The notes beneath the pieces were generated by a model that saw nothing but the letters and a program-made list of their open reading frames with translations, searched no databases and was not told the origin of the DNA. This document shows, piece by piece, positions 29,969 to 39,072 of a DNA stretch of 64,000 nucleotides. Positions within the stretch are counted from its first letter, which is position 1; each line of letters begins with the position of its first letter. The position numbers and the translations under genes were made by a program. Origin of the DNA: Victivallales bacterium (lineage in GTDB: Bacteria > Verrucomicrobiota > Lentisphaeria > Victivallales > GWF2-38-69); NCBI GenBank assembly GCA_036011305.1, contig DASCNA010000145.1, positions 17,374 to 81,373 of the forward strand. The letters run 5' to 3'.

Positions 29969-31465
29969 TTATAGAATATTTTTTTTACTCTTTCTTATTT
30001 TTCTGCAACTCAAATTTTTAATAGGTTTCAAATATTTTAATGTCTCTTTTGACGCATAGTATACTTCATGGCTTAAATCTCTGTTTCTACCAACTTTATC
30101 AGCTGTTGATATGAATGCCACGTGTGATGCATTATCAGCAATGTCCAATGCCATCCCGGATGTGTATGGTGTACAATCTTCATCATTATAATCAATAAGA
30201 TTTGATATGTCTCCATCAGAAAAATGGAGTACTTGAACTTCATCTTTTTCTACAGAAGGACAATATGATTCTCCTTCTATGTATGCATCTGGGTTATTAT
30301 ATCCTTCACGAAACCGTACATCACGACGATAATATGCAAGCCAGTTACCATCTGTAGAAATAGCAGGAGCTACACCTGTTGTCAGGGGTGTTTCTTCGGA
30401 GCCAACACCAGGTTGAATACCAAAAGTTATGATGTTATTTGTGCCGATGCTTGTTCCAAATGGTTCATAAATATATGTGCCGGTATTTTCTGAACCCATG
30501 ATAAATTCCGCATTTAATGCTATTCTTGAACCATCTGCTGTAATACTTGGTGGGGTATTAAGAACTGAACTCATGTTGAAGCTCTGTATATTGCCTGTAT
30601 ACGGATGTGCGACAATGAGGGGTTGTGTTGATAGTTCAGGTTTAGGCACTACTTTTAAAGTGTATTGTCCAGGTCTCTGTATATGCACTATATAGCAATA
30701 AACATTACAGGTTTGTGAAAGACTTCCTGCATTCCTCTCTGTTGTGTAAGCAGGCATTTCCAGGTTGCTGACGTTTAAACCTTCGATAATACCACCCGCA
30801 TAAAATGCAATATGGCGGCCGTCACCGCTTATCATTAAACTCTGAATTCCATGACCAAAAGCGCTTTCTGCTGTGATTTCGAGAACTGAACCGCCGCGAA
30901 CATTTTCTCTGTCTATATCTGCTATCATTAGACGTTGACGGGTTGCCCTCCAGTGATATTGTGTTGCGCCACTGTACACATAGTCTGTCAAAACATATGC
31001 AATCCGTTGACCGTTGCTGGATATACTTGGTTTACTGTTTACATATTTTCTCATACCAGGGCGGCCAATTCGTCCGGCTCCTTCAGCCTCATATGGAATC
31101 ATATCGTTGACAACTAAACGGATCGTGCCAGAGTTGATATCATATATATAGATACCTGTTTTTCTCTCCTCTGTATAGAAAAATTGTGATGCAAAGATGA
31201 TTTTTTGACCATCTCCGCTTATTTGTGAATAAGAAGCATCGAGAAAATGTTCATCTCCTCTGACATTTACTGATAATTTCTCTAATTCATCGTGATTATT
31301 TCTGTCATATAGCCATATAGAGTATCCTGGCCTCCCCGGTTCAATAGCCGATACATATACTACTCTGGAACCATCATCACTGATAGATGGATGTAGATTG
31401 AGGGGCCAGACTTTATCATCCCTGTAAGTGCCTTCAGTTAGTTGCAATAAACTGTAATTCGCCAT
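29969..31465 (-). CDS. PD40/TolB-like beta-propeller repeat protein, no recognisable signal peptide
   Basis: At least six repeats of the S/T-x-DG-x-x-I/V-A/V-F/Y type (SDDGSRVVYVS, SGDGQKIIFAS, SSNGQRIAYV, SGDGRHIAFY, TADGSRIAL, STDGNWLAYY). The N-terminus MANYSLLQLTEG is not hydrophobic. Confidence 0.6.
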   Translation of the reverse strand: MANYSLLQLTEGTYRDDKVWPLNLHPSISDDGSRVVYVSAIEPGRPGYSIWLYDRNNHDELEKLSVNVRGDEHFLDASYSQISGDGQKIIFASQFFYTEERKTGIYIYDINSGTIRLVVNDMIPYEAEGAGRIGRPGMRKYVNSKPSISSNGQRIAYVLTDYVYSGATQYHWRATRQRLMIADIDRENVRGGSVLEITAESAFGHGIQSLMISGDGRHIAFYAGGIIEGLNVSNLEMPAYTTERNAGSLSQTCNVYCYIVHIQRPGQYTLKVVPKPELSTQPLIVAHPYTGNIQSFNMSSVLNTPPSITADGSRIALNAEFIMGSENTGTYIYEPFGTSIGTNNIITFGIQPGVGSEETPLTTGVAPAISTDGNWLAYYRRDVRFREGYNNPDAYIEGESYCPSVEKDEVQVLHFSDGDISNLIDYNDEDCTPYTSGMALDIADNASHVAFISTADKVGRNRDLSHEVYYASKETLKYLKPIKNLSCRKIRKSKKNIL

Positions 31466-31592
31466 TTTTTTTGATTTCCTTATAGTAAAAATATTTATAG
31501 TGATACTATCTTTAAATATTTTAAATCTAATGTCTTATTTTATCACTCGTAAGGTTCTAAACTTTCTCAATTAATTTTTATCTAGTTGAGAT

Positions 31593-32969
31593 TTAATCAT
31601 TAAGCATTGCAAGATATCTTTTACCTTTTATTATTCCTGTTTCTAGAATATTAAGGGCGCGTTTTGCTGATTTTCTTTTAATGGCTACAAAAGTTAAATA
31701 GTCCATTCTATCTATTTTCCCTACATCACTTCCGTTAATTCCATCTTTGGCTGTTAGTGTACCTAAAATATCTCCGGCACTAATTTTAGTCTTTCTGCCA
31801 CCGTTTATTGATAATGTCACCATTTCAGGTTCAAGATCAGGAGTTTCTATTGAATATTCAAAATCAGGATCTATTGGTTTAAAATCTGTATTACAGAAGA
31901 TATTTATTTCATCTATTCTAAAGTCTTCACCAGGTTCCATTAAGGATAGTGCTAAACCTTCTCTTCCAGCTCGCCCAGTCCTGCCAATTCTATGAACATA
32001 TATCTCTTTTTCAAATGGTAGATCATAATTTATAATAGCACCTAGATCGTTAATATCGATACCACGGGCGGCCACATCTGTTGCTACAAGGACTCTGGTG
32101 CTTCCATTTGCAAAACGAATCAAAGCTACATCACGTTCTTTTTGTTCTAAGTCACCATGAAGAGCTAGTGAATGTAGTTTTGAGTGATTAAGCTCTTTCA
32201 TTACTTTACGGCAGGTGTCCTTAGTGTTACAAAAAATAATTGTAGATTGAGGACGGTGACGACAAAGAAGCGCTAATACTGCACTTACCTTTTTTTGTGA
32301 AGGAATTTTATAAAACAGTTGCTTAATAACGGTTTCACCATGTTGAGTTTCTACGGTTATTTCTACTGGATTAGTTAAAACTGATTTACTTAGTTTTTTG
32401 ATTTCATCTGGAAATGTAGCAGAAAAACACAATGTCTGACGTTTAGAAGGGGCATAGCTGATAATATTTTTAATCTGAGCACAAAATCCCATGTCAAGCA
32501 TTCTATCAGCTTCATCAAGTACAACTGTTTTTACATTTTTAAGATCCAGAGAACCTCTTTGAAGAAAGCTGAGAATACGGCCTGGAGTGCCAACTATAAT
32601 ATGTGCCTGATGTTTAAGTGAGAGTTCCTGTTTATACATTGGAAGTCCACCTGTAAGTTTTAATAATTTAATATTGTGCTTAAAACGGGCAACGCGGCGA
32701 AGTTCACCGGCTACCTGTTCCGCTAACTCTCTTGTTGGGCACAGTACTAATGATTGAACCCGAAAAAGTTTTACATTTAAATTATGAAGAATTCCAATAC
32801 CAAATGCTGCAGTTTTTCCACTTCCTGTCTTTGCCTGTGCCAAAACATCATTTCCGTTTAGTATTGGTGGGATGCTTTTCTCTTGAACAGGAGTCATTAC
32901 TTTATAGTTTAAATCATTTAAGTTATCCAACATCTCTTTTGCAAGAGAGAGTGAGGTAAAAGAACTCAT
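31593..32969 (-). CDS. dbpA: DEAD-box ATP-dependent RNA helicase DbpA (with C-terminal DbpA RNA-binding domain)
   Basis: [58 protein letters not shown] and a C-terminal ~75-aa domain (TLSINGGRKTKISAGDILG). The second ATG (32969) has AGGA upstream. Confidence 0.85.
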   Translation of the reverse strand: MSSFTSLSLAKEMLDNLNDLNYKVMTPVQEKSIPPILNGNDVLAQAKTGSGKTAAFGIGILHNLNVKLFRVQSLVLCPTRELAEQVAGELRRVARFKHNIKLLKLTGGLPMYKQELSLKHQAHIIVGTPGRILSFLQRGSLDLKNVKTVVLDEADRMLDMGFCAQIKNIISYAPSKRQTLCFSATFPDEIKKLSKSVLTNPVEITVETQHGETVIKQLFYKIPSQKKVSAVLALLCRHRPQSTIIFCNTKDTCRKVMKELNHSKLHSLALHGDLEQKERDVALIRFANGSTRVLVATDVAARGIDINDLGAIINYDLPFEKEIYVHRIGRTGRAGREGLALSLMEPGEDFRIDEINIFCNTDFKPIDPDFEYSIETPDLEPEMVTLSINGGRKTKISAGDILGTLTAKDGINGSDVGKIDRMDYLTFVAIKRKSAKRALNILETGIIKGKRYLAMLND

Positions 32970-33092
32970 ATTAATTCCTGACATAAATTATGTTGTTTAA
33001 ATTTTAGGTTAATATATAATGCCATCTTAATATGCTTAAGTTTATTTATAAGAATAACCTAGTTTATTGATAGACTTTGAAATATAAGATCT

Positions 33093-33836
33093 CTAATTAA
33101 TCATTTTGATAATATTTTCATCATGACTTGGTTCAATAGTTTTATCTGGTTCTACTACTAAAAACATATTGTTATCCCAATTACCATTCATCATTCTTAG
33201 AATAATTTTTGTATTTCCCGGGTATTCTTCATATTTCCATCCTTTTTCTTCTGATTCCTGTTTTGTGTGATTTTTATGAAAGGAATCATCGCATACATTT
33301 GTTTTGATGAAAGTCATTTTAGTATAATTACTAAGTCCTTCGCCAAGTGTTTCTATTATATACTTGGCATTCTCTTCGCCATATTCCTTAACATATTCCT
33401 CATATGTTTTTATACCAATTTGTGTCGTTGTACTGTCAGGGTTTAATAAGTTATCTTTAGCGCATTCGACCCAACCGACAGATTGGTAGAAGGCACCTGG
33501 ATTATTATCAAAATAATTCCTGTATTTTTCTTTCGATCCCATCAGAAGTGTTATACAGTCATGTGCCCGTGGGATAACTAAAGGAAGAGGTGAGTGTAGT
33601 CCTCTGATACCGTTATTGCAAAGGCCGTAGCCGAGCAGAATCGCATCATATTTTTTTGTATCAATTTTATCAATTTCTTCTTGCAAACTTTTGGACATTT
33701 TGAGCTCACCAATGTCATGCAGTCCTTGTTCTAGAATTCTTACTTCTACGATATTTTTAGAAATTGCAGCACAGGAGTAACATTCTCGGTATAATACAGA
33801 GCAGGCAATTAATAAATAATGTTTTTGATGCTCCAT
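33093..33836 (-). CDS. DUF1638-like protein
   Basis: The N-terminal LLIACSVLYRECY and GYGLCNNG pattern resembles DUF1638, by recollection only. Confidence 0.5.
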   Translation of the reverse strand: MEHQKHYLLIACSVLYRECYSCAAISKNIVEVRILEQGLHDIGELKMSKSLQEEIDKIDTKKYDAILLGYGLCNNGIRGLHSPLPLVIPRAHDCITLLMGSKEKYRNYFDNNPGAFYQSVGWVECAKDNLLNPDSTTTQIGIKTYEEYVKEYGEENAKYIIETLGEGLSNYTKMTFIKTNVCDDSFHKNHTKQESEEKGWKYEEYPGNTKIILRMMNGNWDNNMFLVVEPDKTIEPSHDENIIKMIN

Positions 33837-33952
33837 TAAGATTCTCCTGTGCCAAGTTTTCTAACGCATGTATTTGCAATACAATACTATCTAAAATGAC
33901 TAATTTATATTACTTTAACTGGTTATGGACAAATATATTTATTTTTTATTAC

Positions 33953-34083
33953 ATTCAATTTCCTCCATCATATTTTACAAATTTCAATAAGCAATATTAT
34001 TATTTATAGCTTAAACTGACTATTTAAAAAGTTTAGATAATTTAGATAAATCGGAAATACCGGATACTACATTGTCAGCACTC
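33953..34083. repeat. Copy A of a ~130-bp degenerate direct repeat (partner at 35799-35929)
   Basis: attcaatttcctccatcatattttacaaatttcaataagcaatattattatttatagctta... aligns with attcaatttcctctatcatattttactaatttcaataatcaacattattatatatagctta... The two are roughly three-quarters identical by eye, with one 3-nt indel. Confidence 0.7.
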
Positions 34084-34085
34084 AA
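34020..34085 (-). pseudogene. Relic of the last ~21 codons of a paralogue of the 292-aa gene at 35866..36744
   Basis: The minus-strand translation LSADNVVSGISDLSKLSKLFK* compares with the intact C-terminus MGADYVLSGTSNLQKLSNLIK*. It is closed upstream by a stop at 34086-88. Confidence 0.6.
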
Positions 34086-34170
34086 TTAAGTGGCATTTTT
34101 TAATTCCCGGGGTTATAAATATCCTATATAAGCCTGTATCAAGTTATAAAGAATTAAAACAGACTGAAAT

Positions 34171-34878
34171 ATGAATAATTGTAAGATTGCTTTTATTAAC
34201 TTAAAATATATTCTAACCTGTATTTTATTTGTCTTTTTTACGTTGACTTTCTCAGGCTGTTCTGACCCTGATACTAGTTCTTTTATGAAAGCTGCACATG
34301 ATGGCAATATTGTTGAGATTAAACAGTACATTTCTTCTGGAACAGATATAAACCGGAAGGATACTGAAGGTAATACCGCATTAATATACGCACTTAGCAG
34401 GGGATTAAATATATATGGGCAGAAATCAAATGATATTAATGTAATTAAATATTTGATAAATAATGGATCAAATGTTAATCTTGCTAATAATCTTGGCAAT
34501 ACTCCATTAATGTATGCAGCAATAATAGGGAATAAAAAAGCTCTATTACTGCTTGTTGAAAAAGGAGCTGATATACATTTAAAGAATAATAACGGTAATA
34601 CCGCTTTGTTTTTAGCTTCAGCTGCAGGACAAACACATGATGCTGTTTTACCTCTTTTAAAGTTAAAAGCTGATATTAATGCAAAAGATAATGCTGGATT
34701 AACCCCCTATACCGCAGCAGTTTATTGGAGGGAACTTAATACAATTAAAGAAATTAAAAATCATACTAAGCAAAATAATATATATTTAGAAACAAGTGAG
34801 TATGATTATTATCCAACGAAGACATATGGATTATTTGAAAACTCAACAAGCAACTCGGATTATTCAATGTCCAGATAA
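34171..34878 (+). CDS. Ankyrin-repeat lipoprotein
   Basis: Signal peptide with lipobox LTFSGC. About five ANK repeats (GNTALIYA, GNTPLMYAA, GNTALFLAS, GLTPYTAA). Confidence 0.85.
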   Translation: MNNCKIAFINLKYILTCILFVFFTLTFSGCSDPDTSSFMKAAHDGNIVEIKQYISSGTDINRKDTEGNTALIYALSRGLNIYGQKSNDINVIKYLINNGSNVNLANNLGNTPLMYAAIIGNKKALLLLVEKGADIHLKNNNGNTALFLASAAGQTHDAVLPLLKLKADINAKDNAGLTPYTAAVYWRELNTIKEIKNHTKQNNIYLETSEYDYYPTKTYGLFENSTSNSDYSMSR

Positions 34879-34899
34879 TTATCACTTAAACCATTAATT

Positions 34900-35670
34900 A
34901 TGTCAAAAATTATGTCAAAAAGAATTATTTTATATCTTATATTCTTAGTTGTTACTTTACTTTATTTTATACTAACACACTATATTGCGCTGTTTGCACA
35001 TGAGTGGACAAATGGCACAGTAGCATGGATCTTCGGGTACAAGAGCAATCCATTTAATATCTATTATGGTATCGACAAATGGAAGGATCTTATAATATTT
35101 CCAAATGTAGATGAAGCTGTTAATTATCTTGGCATAAGTTTTTCAGGTCATCCGTATATTGCCGGTATTATAGCTATAACTCCTCCTGTCATTACGAATG
35201 GAGGGTTATTTCTGGTATTCTCATATTTATCATCATTCAAATCACTGCAGAAGCGTCCATGGCTTTATTATTTTATTTTCTGGCTTGTAATAATGAACCT
35301 TGGAAACTGGTTAGATTATATTCCTGTAAGGACTTTTTCAACCCATGCTGATATAGGAAATTTTATTAAAGGGTTCGGTATATCTCCATGGTGGGTGTAC
35401 ATAATAGGAACATACATATTAATATTCTTTTTATGGCATTTTTTTAAAATTCAAATACCAAGAGCATATGAAATAATGAACATAAACAGTACTGCAGGAC
35501 GTGCAATTCTTCTGTTTATTGTATTAGTTACACTGTTCTACTTTTTTGGAGGCACAGGAAGGAGTGCTGTTAAATTTAACTATACATGCAATGTCATATC
35601 ATATTCATTCATAGCAGCCATACCTCTTATGATGTTTTTTCTATGGCCGAGTAAAAAATATCATCTCTAG
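34900..35670 (+). CDS. Hypothetical polytopic membrane protein
   Basis: 256 aa with about seven hydrophobic spans. It lies 21 bp after the ankyrin gene. No family recognised. Confidence 0.5.
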   Translation: MSKIMSKRIILYLIFLVVTLLYFILTHYIALFAHEWTNGTVAWIFGYKSNPFNIYYGIDKWKDLIIFPNVDEAVNYLGISFSGHPYIAGIIAITPPVITNGGLFLVFSYLSSFKSLQKRPWLYYFIFWLVIMNLGNWLDYIPVRTFSTHADIGNFIKGFGISPWWVYIIGTYILIFFLWHFFKIQIPRAYEIMNINSTAGRAILLFIVLVTLFYFFGGTGRSAVKFNYTCNVISYSFIAAIPLMMFFLWPSKKYHL

Positions 35671-35798
35671 ACTGATATGACACAGTACCAGGGCCAAATA
35701 TTTTTCTTTTGAAAATTACTTTTGGAGCAGCAGAATGCACAATATTAATTTCATAAATACAATGTTCAGTGCCACCGCTAAGTGTTACTGCCAATTTA

Positions 35799-35929
35799 AT
35801 TCAATTTCCTCTATCATATTTTACTAATTTCAATAATCAACATTATTATATATAGCTTAGGCTAACTACTTAATAAGGTTAGATAATTTCTGTAAATTAG
35901 ATGTGCCGGATAATACATAATCTGCACCC
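35799..35929. repeat. Copy B of the ~130-bp degenerate direct repeat (covers the 3' end and downstream region of the 292-aa gene)
   Basis: See copy A at 33953-34083. Confidence 0.7.
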
Positions 35930-36744
35930 ATATTTTTTAAATCATCAGCTAAGGATTGAAATGATAAGTCATTGAAAGATAAAGAGTTTATATTAACATT
36001 ACTTTTATAATTTATTTGGTTTAATGCTGTTTTTAATGCTTCTTTGGCTACTTTGGCAGACACAGGGTAGACTATGCCAATTACATGAGCATGATAACCA
36101 TGTTGTATTAATTTATCTGCTATCATACGCGATTGATTAATTTCACCTGGGGCATCAAAAATCAAAAAAACATTTTTAATATGCGGATATTTCTTAAGAA
36201 TTCTTTCAACATGAGAAAATTTGTTATAGCCGTTTTCTCTTGTGTGTCCTAAAGTATCAAACAGAAGATTTCTGGCTTCTATTAAACTGTGATTAGCTTT
36301 CATCACTTTTTCAATATACTCTGGATAATCAATAGAAATCGTGTAGGAGATATCTGTATGAAACAGATCTAAAAGAATTTGACCGGCAGAAGATATTACC
36401 ACCTGTTTTGATAAAATTTCCTTCAACTTAATTGCTTCTGTATTTAATATATCAATATTTTCAATTGGTTCATTAGGGTATGACTGATTGTACTTTTGAA
36501 TTTTTTCTAGTGCTGATATACCTGAATTTTTTTGGATAACGCTATACAGTTTTTCGATAAAAGATGAGTTTCTATTTGGATAAGCTTTCATAACTACGGC
36601 TGCCAGAGAGGCATTAACCATAGGCATAAAATCACGTAGAATACCATTGAGCATTGTGAATAAAACCGTATCTGATTGAGTCCTCAAAACAGCTTCATCT
36701 GTATCTCTTTTAGATAGATTTTGTTTGTAAATCATAGTTTTCAC
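35866..36744 (-). CDS. Hypothetical soluble protein (292 aa), unknown family
   Basis: Long ORF 4 bp downstream of the ABC-TMD gene. No Walker A and no recognisable motif. Possible Rossmann-like C-half (VFLIFDAPGE...HVIGIVYPVS). Confidence 0.55.
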   Translation of the reverse strand: MKTMIYKQNLSKRDTDEAVLRTQSDTVLFTMLNGILRDFMPMVNASLAAVVMKAYPNRNSSFIEKLYSVIQKNSGISALEKIQKYNQSYPNEPIENIDILNTEAIKLKEILSKQVVISSAGQILLDLFHTDISYTISIDYPEYIEKVMKANHSLIEARNLLFDTLGHTRENGYNKFSHVERILKKYPHIKNVFLIFDAPGEINQSRMIADKLIQHGYHAHVIGIVYPVSAKVAKEALKTALNQINYKSNVNINSLSFNDLSFQSLADDLKNMGADYVLSGTSNLQKLSNLIK

Positions 36745-36748
36745 CCAT

Positions 36749-37591
36749 TTACTCTACTAATCTTTTTGATATTTCTTTCAGTCTTATTAGCTGTTGAATA
36801 TAAAGTGGAAAAGTCACCACTTTTTCAATGTATTCAAAAACATACATTAAGACAGAAAATACAAGGCCGTATTTTAATACTCCGCTTTTAATGACTGTAA
36901 TTGGAGCGTAAATGAATAAGGCGATGACGCCTATCCATATAAGTAAATAATTTACAGTTTCTAAATCAGAAAGTTTAATATTCCATTTCATTAATGACTT
37001 ATAATAATTCCTAACAATACCAATATTTCTCTTTTCCAGTATTTCTACTTGTTTTTCAAGTTGATTGTTATAGTTCTTATTAAATCTATAATTTAATTTT
37101 CCACTTGAAGCATATATGATAAAAATGAGCAGTAAAATACCTATGCAGGCATAAAAAACATTAATATTCAAAGTCGATATTATAACTATTATACCGATCA
37201 GAGAAACAATTGCATCAATAACTTCCGGCATGGAATTTTCTAAAAATTCAACAAATTCTGTGAGTAAACTTGATCGAGCTGAAATTTTGGAAATAGAACT
37301 CCCTTTTTTCTGTTCGTTTTCCACCATTTCAGGAGAAATCAGACAGTAAATACCAGAATAAATTCTGGTGTCGTAAAATCTTCTGGCACTGCCTACAGTT
37401 AACGATAATACACCCAAGACAGCCAAATAAATAATACCGTTATATTTATTTTCAAGTAAATCATTGATAGCTAAACCAATGAAAAGAGGAAACAGAACAC
37501 TTAATAACGATTCAAGAACTACAATAGCAAAAGTAAAAGAGATTCGCCATTTAAATCTAATGATCAGGTTTCTTATAGATATATTATGCAT
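36749..37591 (-). CDS. ABC-exporter-type six-TM domain protein lacking a nucleotide-binding domain
   Basis: 280 aa. The N-terminal pattern (RFKWRISFTFAIVVLESLLSVLFPLFIGLAINDLL) and TM spacing resemble type-I ABC exporter TMDs. There is no Walker or signature motif. Confidence 0.55.
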   Translation of the reverse strand: MHNISIRNLIIRFKWRISFTFAIVVLESLLSVLFPLFIGLAINDLLENKYNGIIYLAVLGVLSLTVGSARRFYDTRIYSGIYCLISPEMVENEQKKGSSISKISARSSLLTEFVEFLENSMPEVIDAIVSLIGIIVIISTLNINVFYACIGILLLIFIIYASSGKLNYRFNKNYNNQLEKQVEILEKRNIGIVRNYYKSLMKWNIKLSDLETVNYLLIWIGVIALFIYAPITVIKSGVLKYGLVFSVLMYVFEYIEKVVTFPLYIQQLIRLKEISKRLVE

Positions 37592-37721
37592 ATTTAATTC
37601 TTCAAACGAATAGGTAACTTTGATTTATGTTTTAAATTTAAGTTAACAACTGATATTTACACATAAATTTTACAATTTTGTATAAGAATTTATTTATTGC
37701 ATAGTTATTTTTTCCATTTTA

Positions 37722-38513
37722 TTATAAACATATCTTCAAGGGAACTTGTTTTTCAGTTCTTAGTTTTTCCAAATCCTCTCGAAGTTCTATCCAGTATGGA
37801 TGCTGTGGCAAGAATGCAGCAGCTTCAATCCTTTCTTTTAATTCAGGAAAATGTGATTGCAAAATAGCTTGGGTATTTAGCCAATTTAAATCTGAATGCC
37901 CAATCATGCTGAGGCTGTAAATCCATATTGCATTAGAGTGTGGTGTCAGAATGTTGATAAGAGATTTAATATCGGTGATATAAGGAAAAACCGGGCAGAT
38001 CATAGCATAAGTATCAATACCTGCTTCTTTTAATTTACTAAGGGCTGTAAGTCTGGCATTATTGCAGATCGTATTGCCCTCAAAAATGGGGCGTGTTTCT
38101 TCATTGAAAGCAAAAGAAATACCGACTGAAGCGTTTTTCATTTTTTTTAACAAGTCTATGTCGCGAACAATTAAATCCGACTTAGTAAGTATTGTTACAG
38201 AAAATCCTTTTTCCAAAAGCAATTCCAGTACACGACGGGTTTGATTGTATGTTATCTCTGATTGTTGATATGAATCTGCATTCCAACCGATATATATATT
38301 TTGTGGTGGAATTTCTGCAAGTTCATGGTTCAGTTGTTCTACTATATCACGGTGTATTTGGATTTCATTAGACCAGTCAGTCTCAGCCTGGTTCAATGCA
38401 TAACAGTAGTGACAGTTGTGCGTACAACCTATATAAGGGTCTAATTGAAATTCAAAATCTTCAAGAGTGCAGGGTGTTAATAAGGGACGATGTGAGCATA
38501 TTGATACTTTCAT
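37722..38513 (-). CDS. Radical SAM protein (SplB/COG1533-like)
   Basis: CxxxCxxC motif CTHNCHYCYA. ATG at 38513 is preceded by AAGGAG and preferred over the listed 38552. Confidence 0.8.
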   Translation of the reverse strand: MKVSICSHRPLLTPCTLEDFEFQLDPYIGCTHNCHYCYALNQAETDWSNEIQIHRDIVEQLNHELAEIPPQNIYIGWNADSYQQSEITYNQTRRVLELLLEKGFSVTILTKSDLIVRDIDLLKKMKNASVGISFAFNEETRPIFEGNTICNNARLTALSKLKEAGIDTYAMICPVFPYITDIKSLINILTPHSNAIWIYSLSMIGHSDLNWLNTQAILQSHFPELKERIEAAAFLPQHPYWIELREDLEKLRTEKQVPLKICL

Positions 38514-38582
38514 AAACTTAACTCCTTTTTCAACAGTGGATATATGAAACATTATATTGAAATTATTAGCTGGCTAATTTCA

Positions 38583-39041
38583 TTAATCCGGTTCTGATTT
38601 CCAATCTTTTAATTCACTTCTAATATTAAATGCTTTGTTTAGATTTTTAATTAAAACTGTGCCTTCATCAGGATATGTAACAATATCACTTTCATCTTTT
38701 GTCCCAATGTCCAAAATTTCTAAAACAGCTTTACTGTCATTGATAAATTGATGTGCTATGTTTTCACCCGCAGGTTTAGATAGAAAATCGCCTTGTTTAA
38801 TTTCATATTCTTTATTGTTTAGCCGAAGTTTTCCTGTTCCCTTTAAAATTATGAAAAATTCCTCCATGGTGGAATGGCTATGATATTTAGTGCTTTTTGC
38901 TCCAGGTTTTACTAAGTCGATATTTATGTTCAGTTTTTTAGTTCCTGCTAATTTGCCTAGAAGTTTTGTCTGCAGATCAGATTCAAAGTCTGGATCAATA
39001 AATTCATCTGCTATATTGTCGATATTATTGATTTTATGCAT
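38583..39041 (-). CDS. Cupin-domain protein
   Basis: A cupin motif-1-like segment G.KSTKYHSHSTMEEFFIILKG and a motif-2-like segment PAGENIAHQFIN. Confidence 0.7.
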   Translation of the reverse strand: MHKINNIDNIADEFIDPDFESDLQTKLLGKLAGTKKLNINIDLVKPGAKSTKYHSHSTMEEFFIILKGTGKLRLNNKEYEIKQGDFLSKPAGENIAHQFINDSKAVLEILDIGTKDESDIVTYPDEGTVLIKNLNKAFNIRSELKDWKSEPD

Positions 39042-39072
39042 ATAAATGTTTACCTATTAGTGACTCCTGTCA

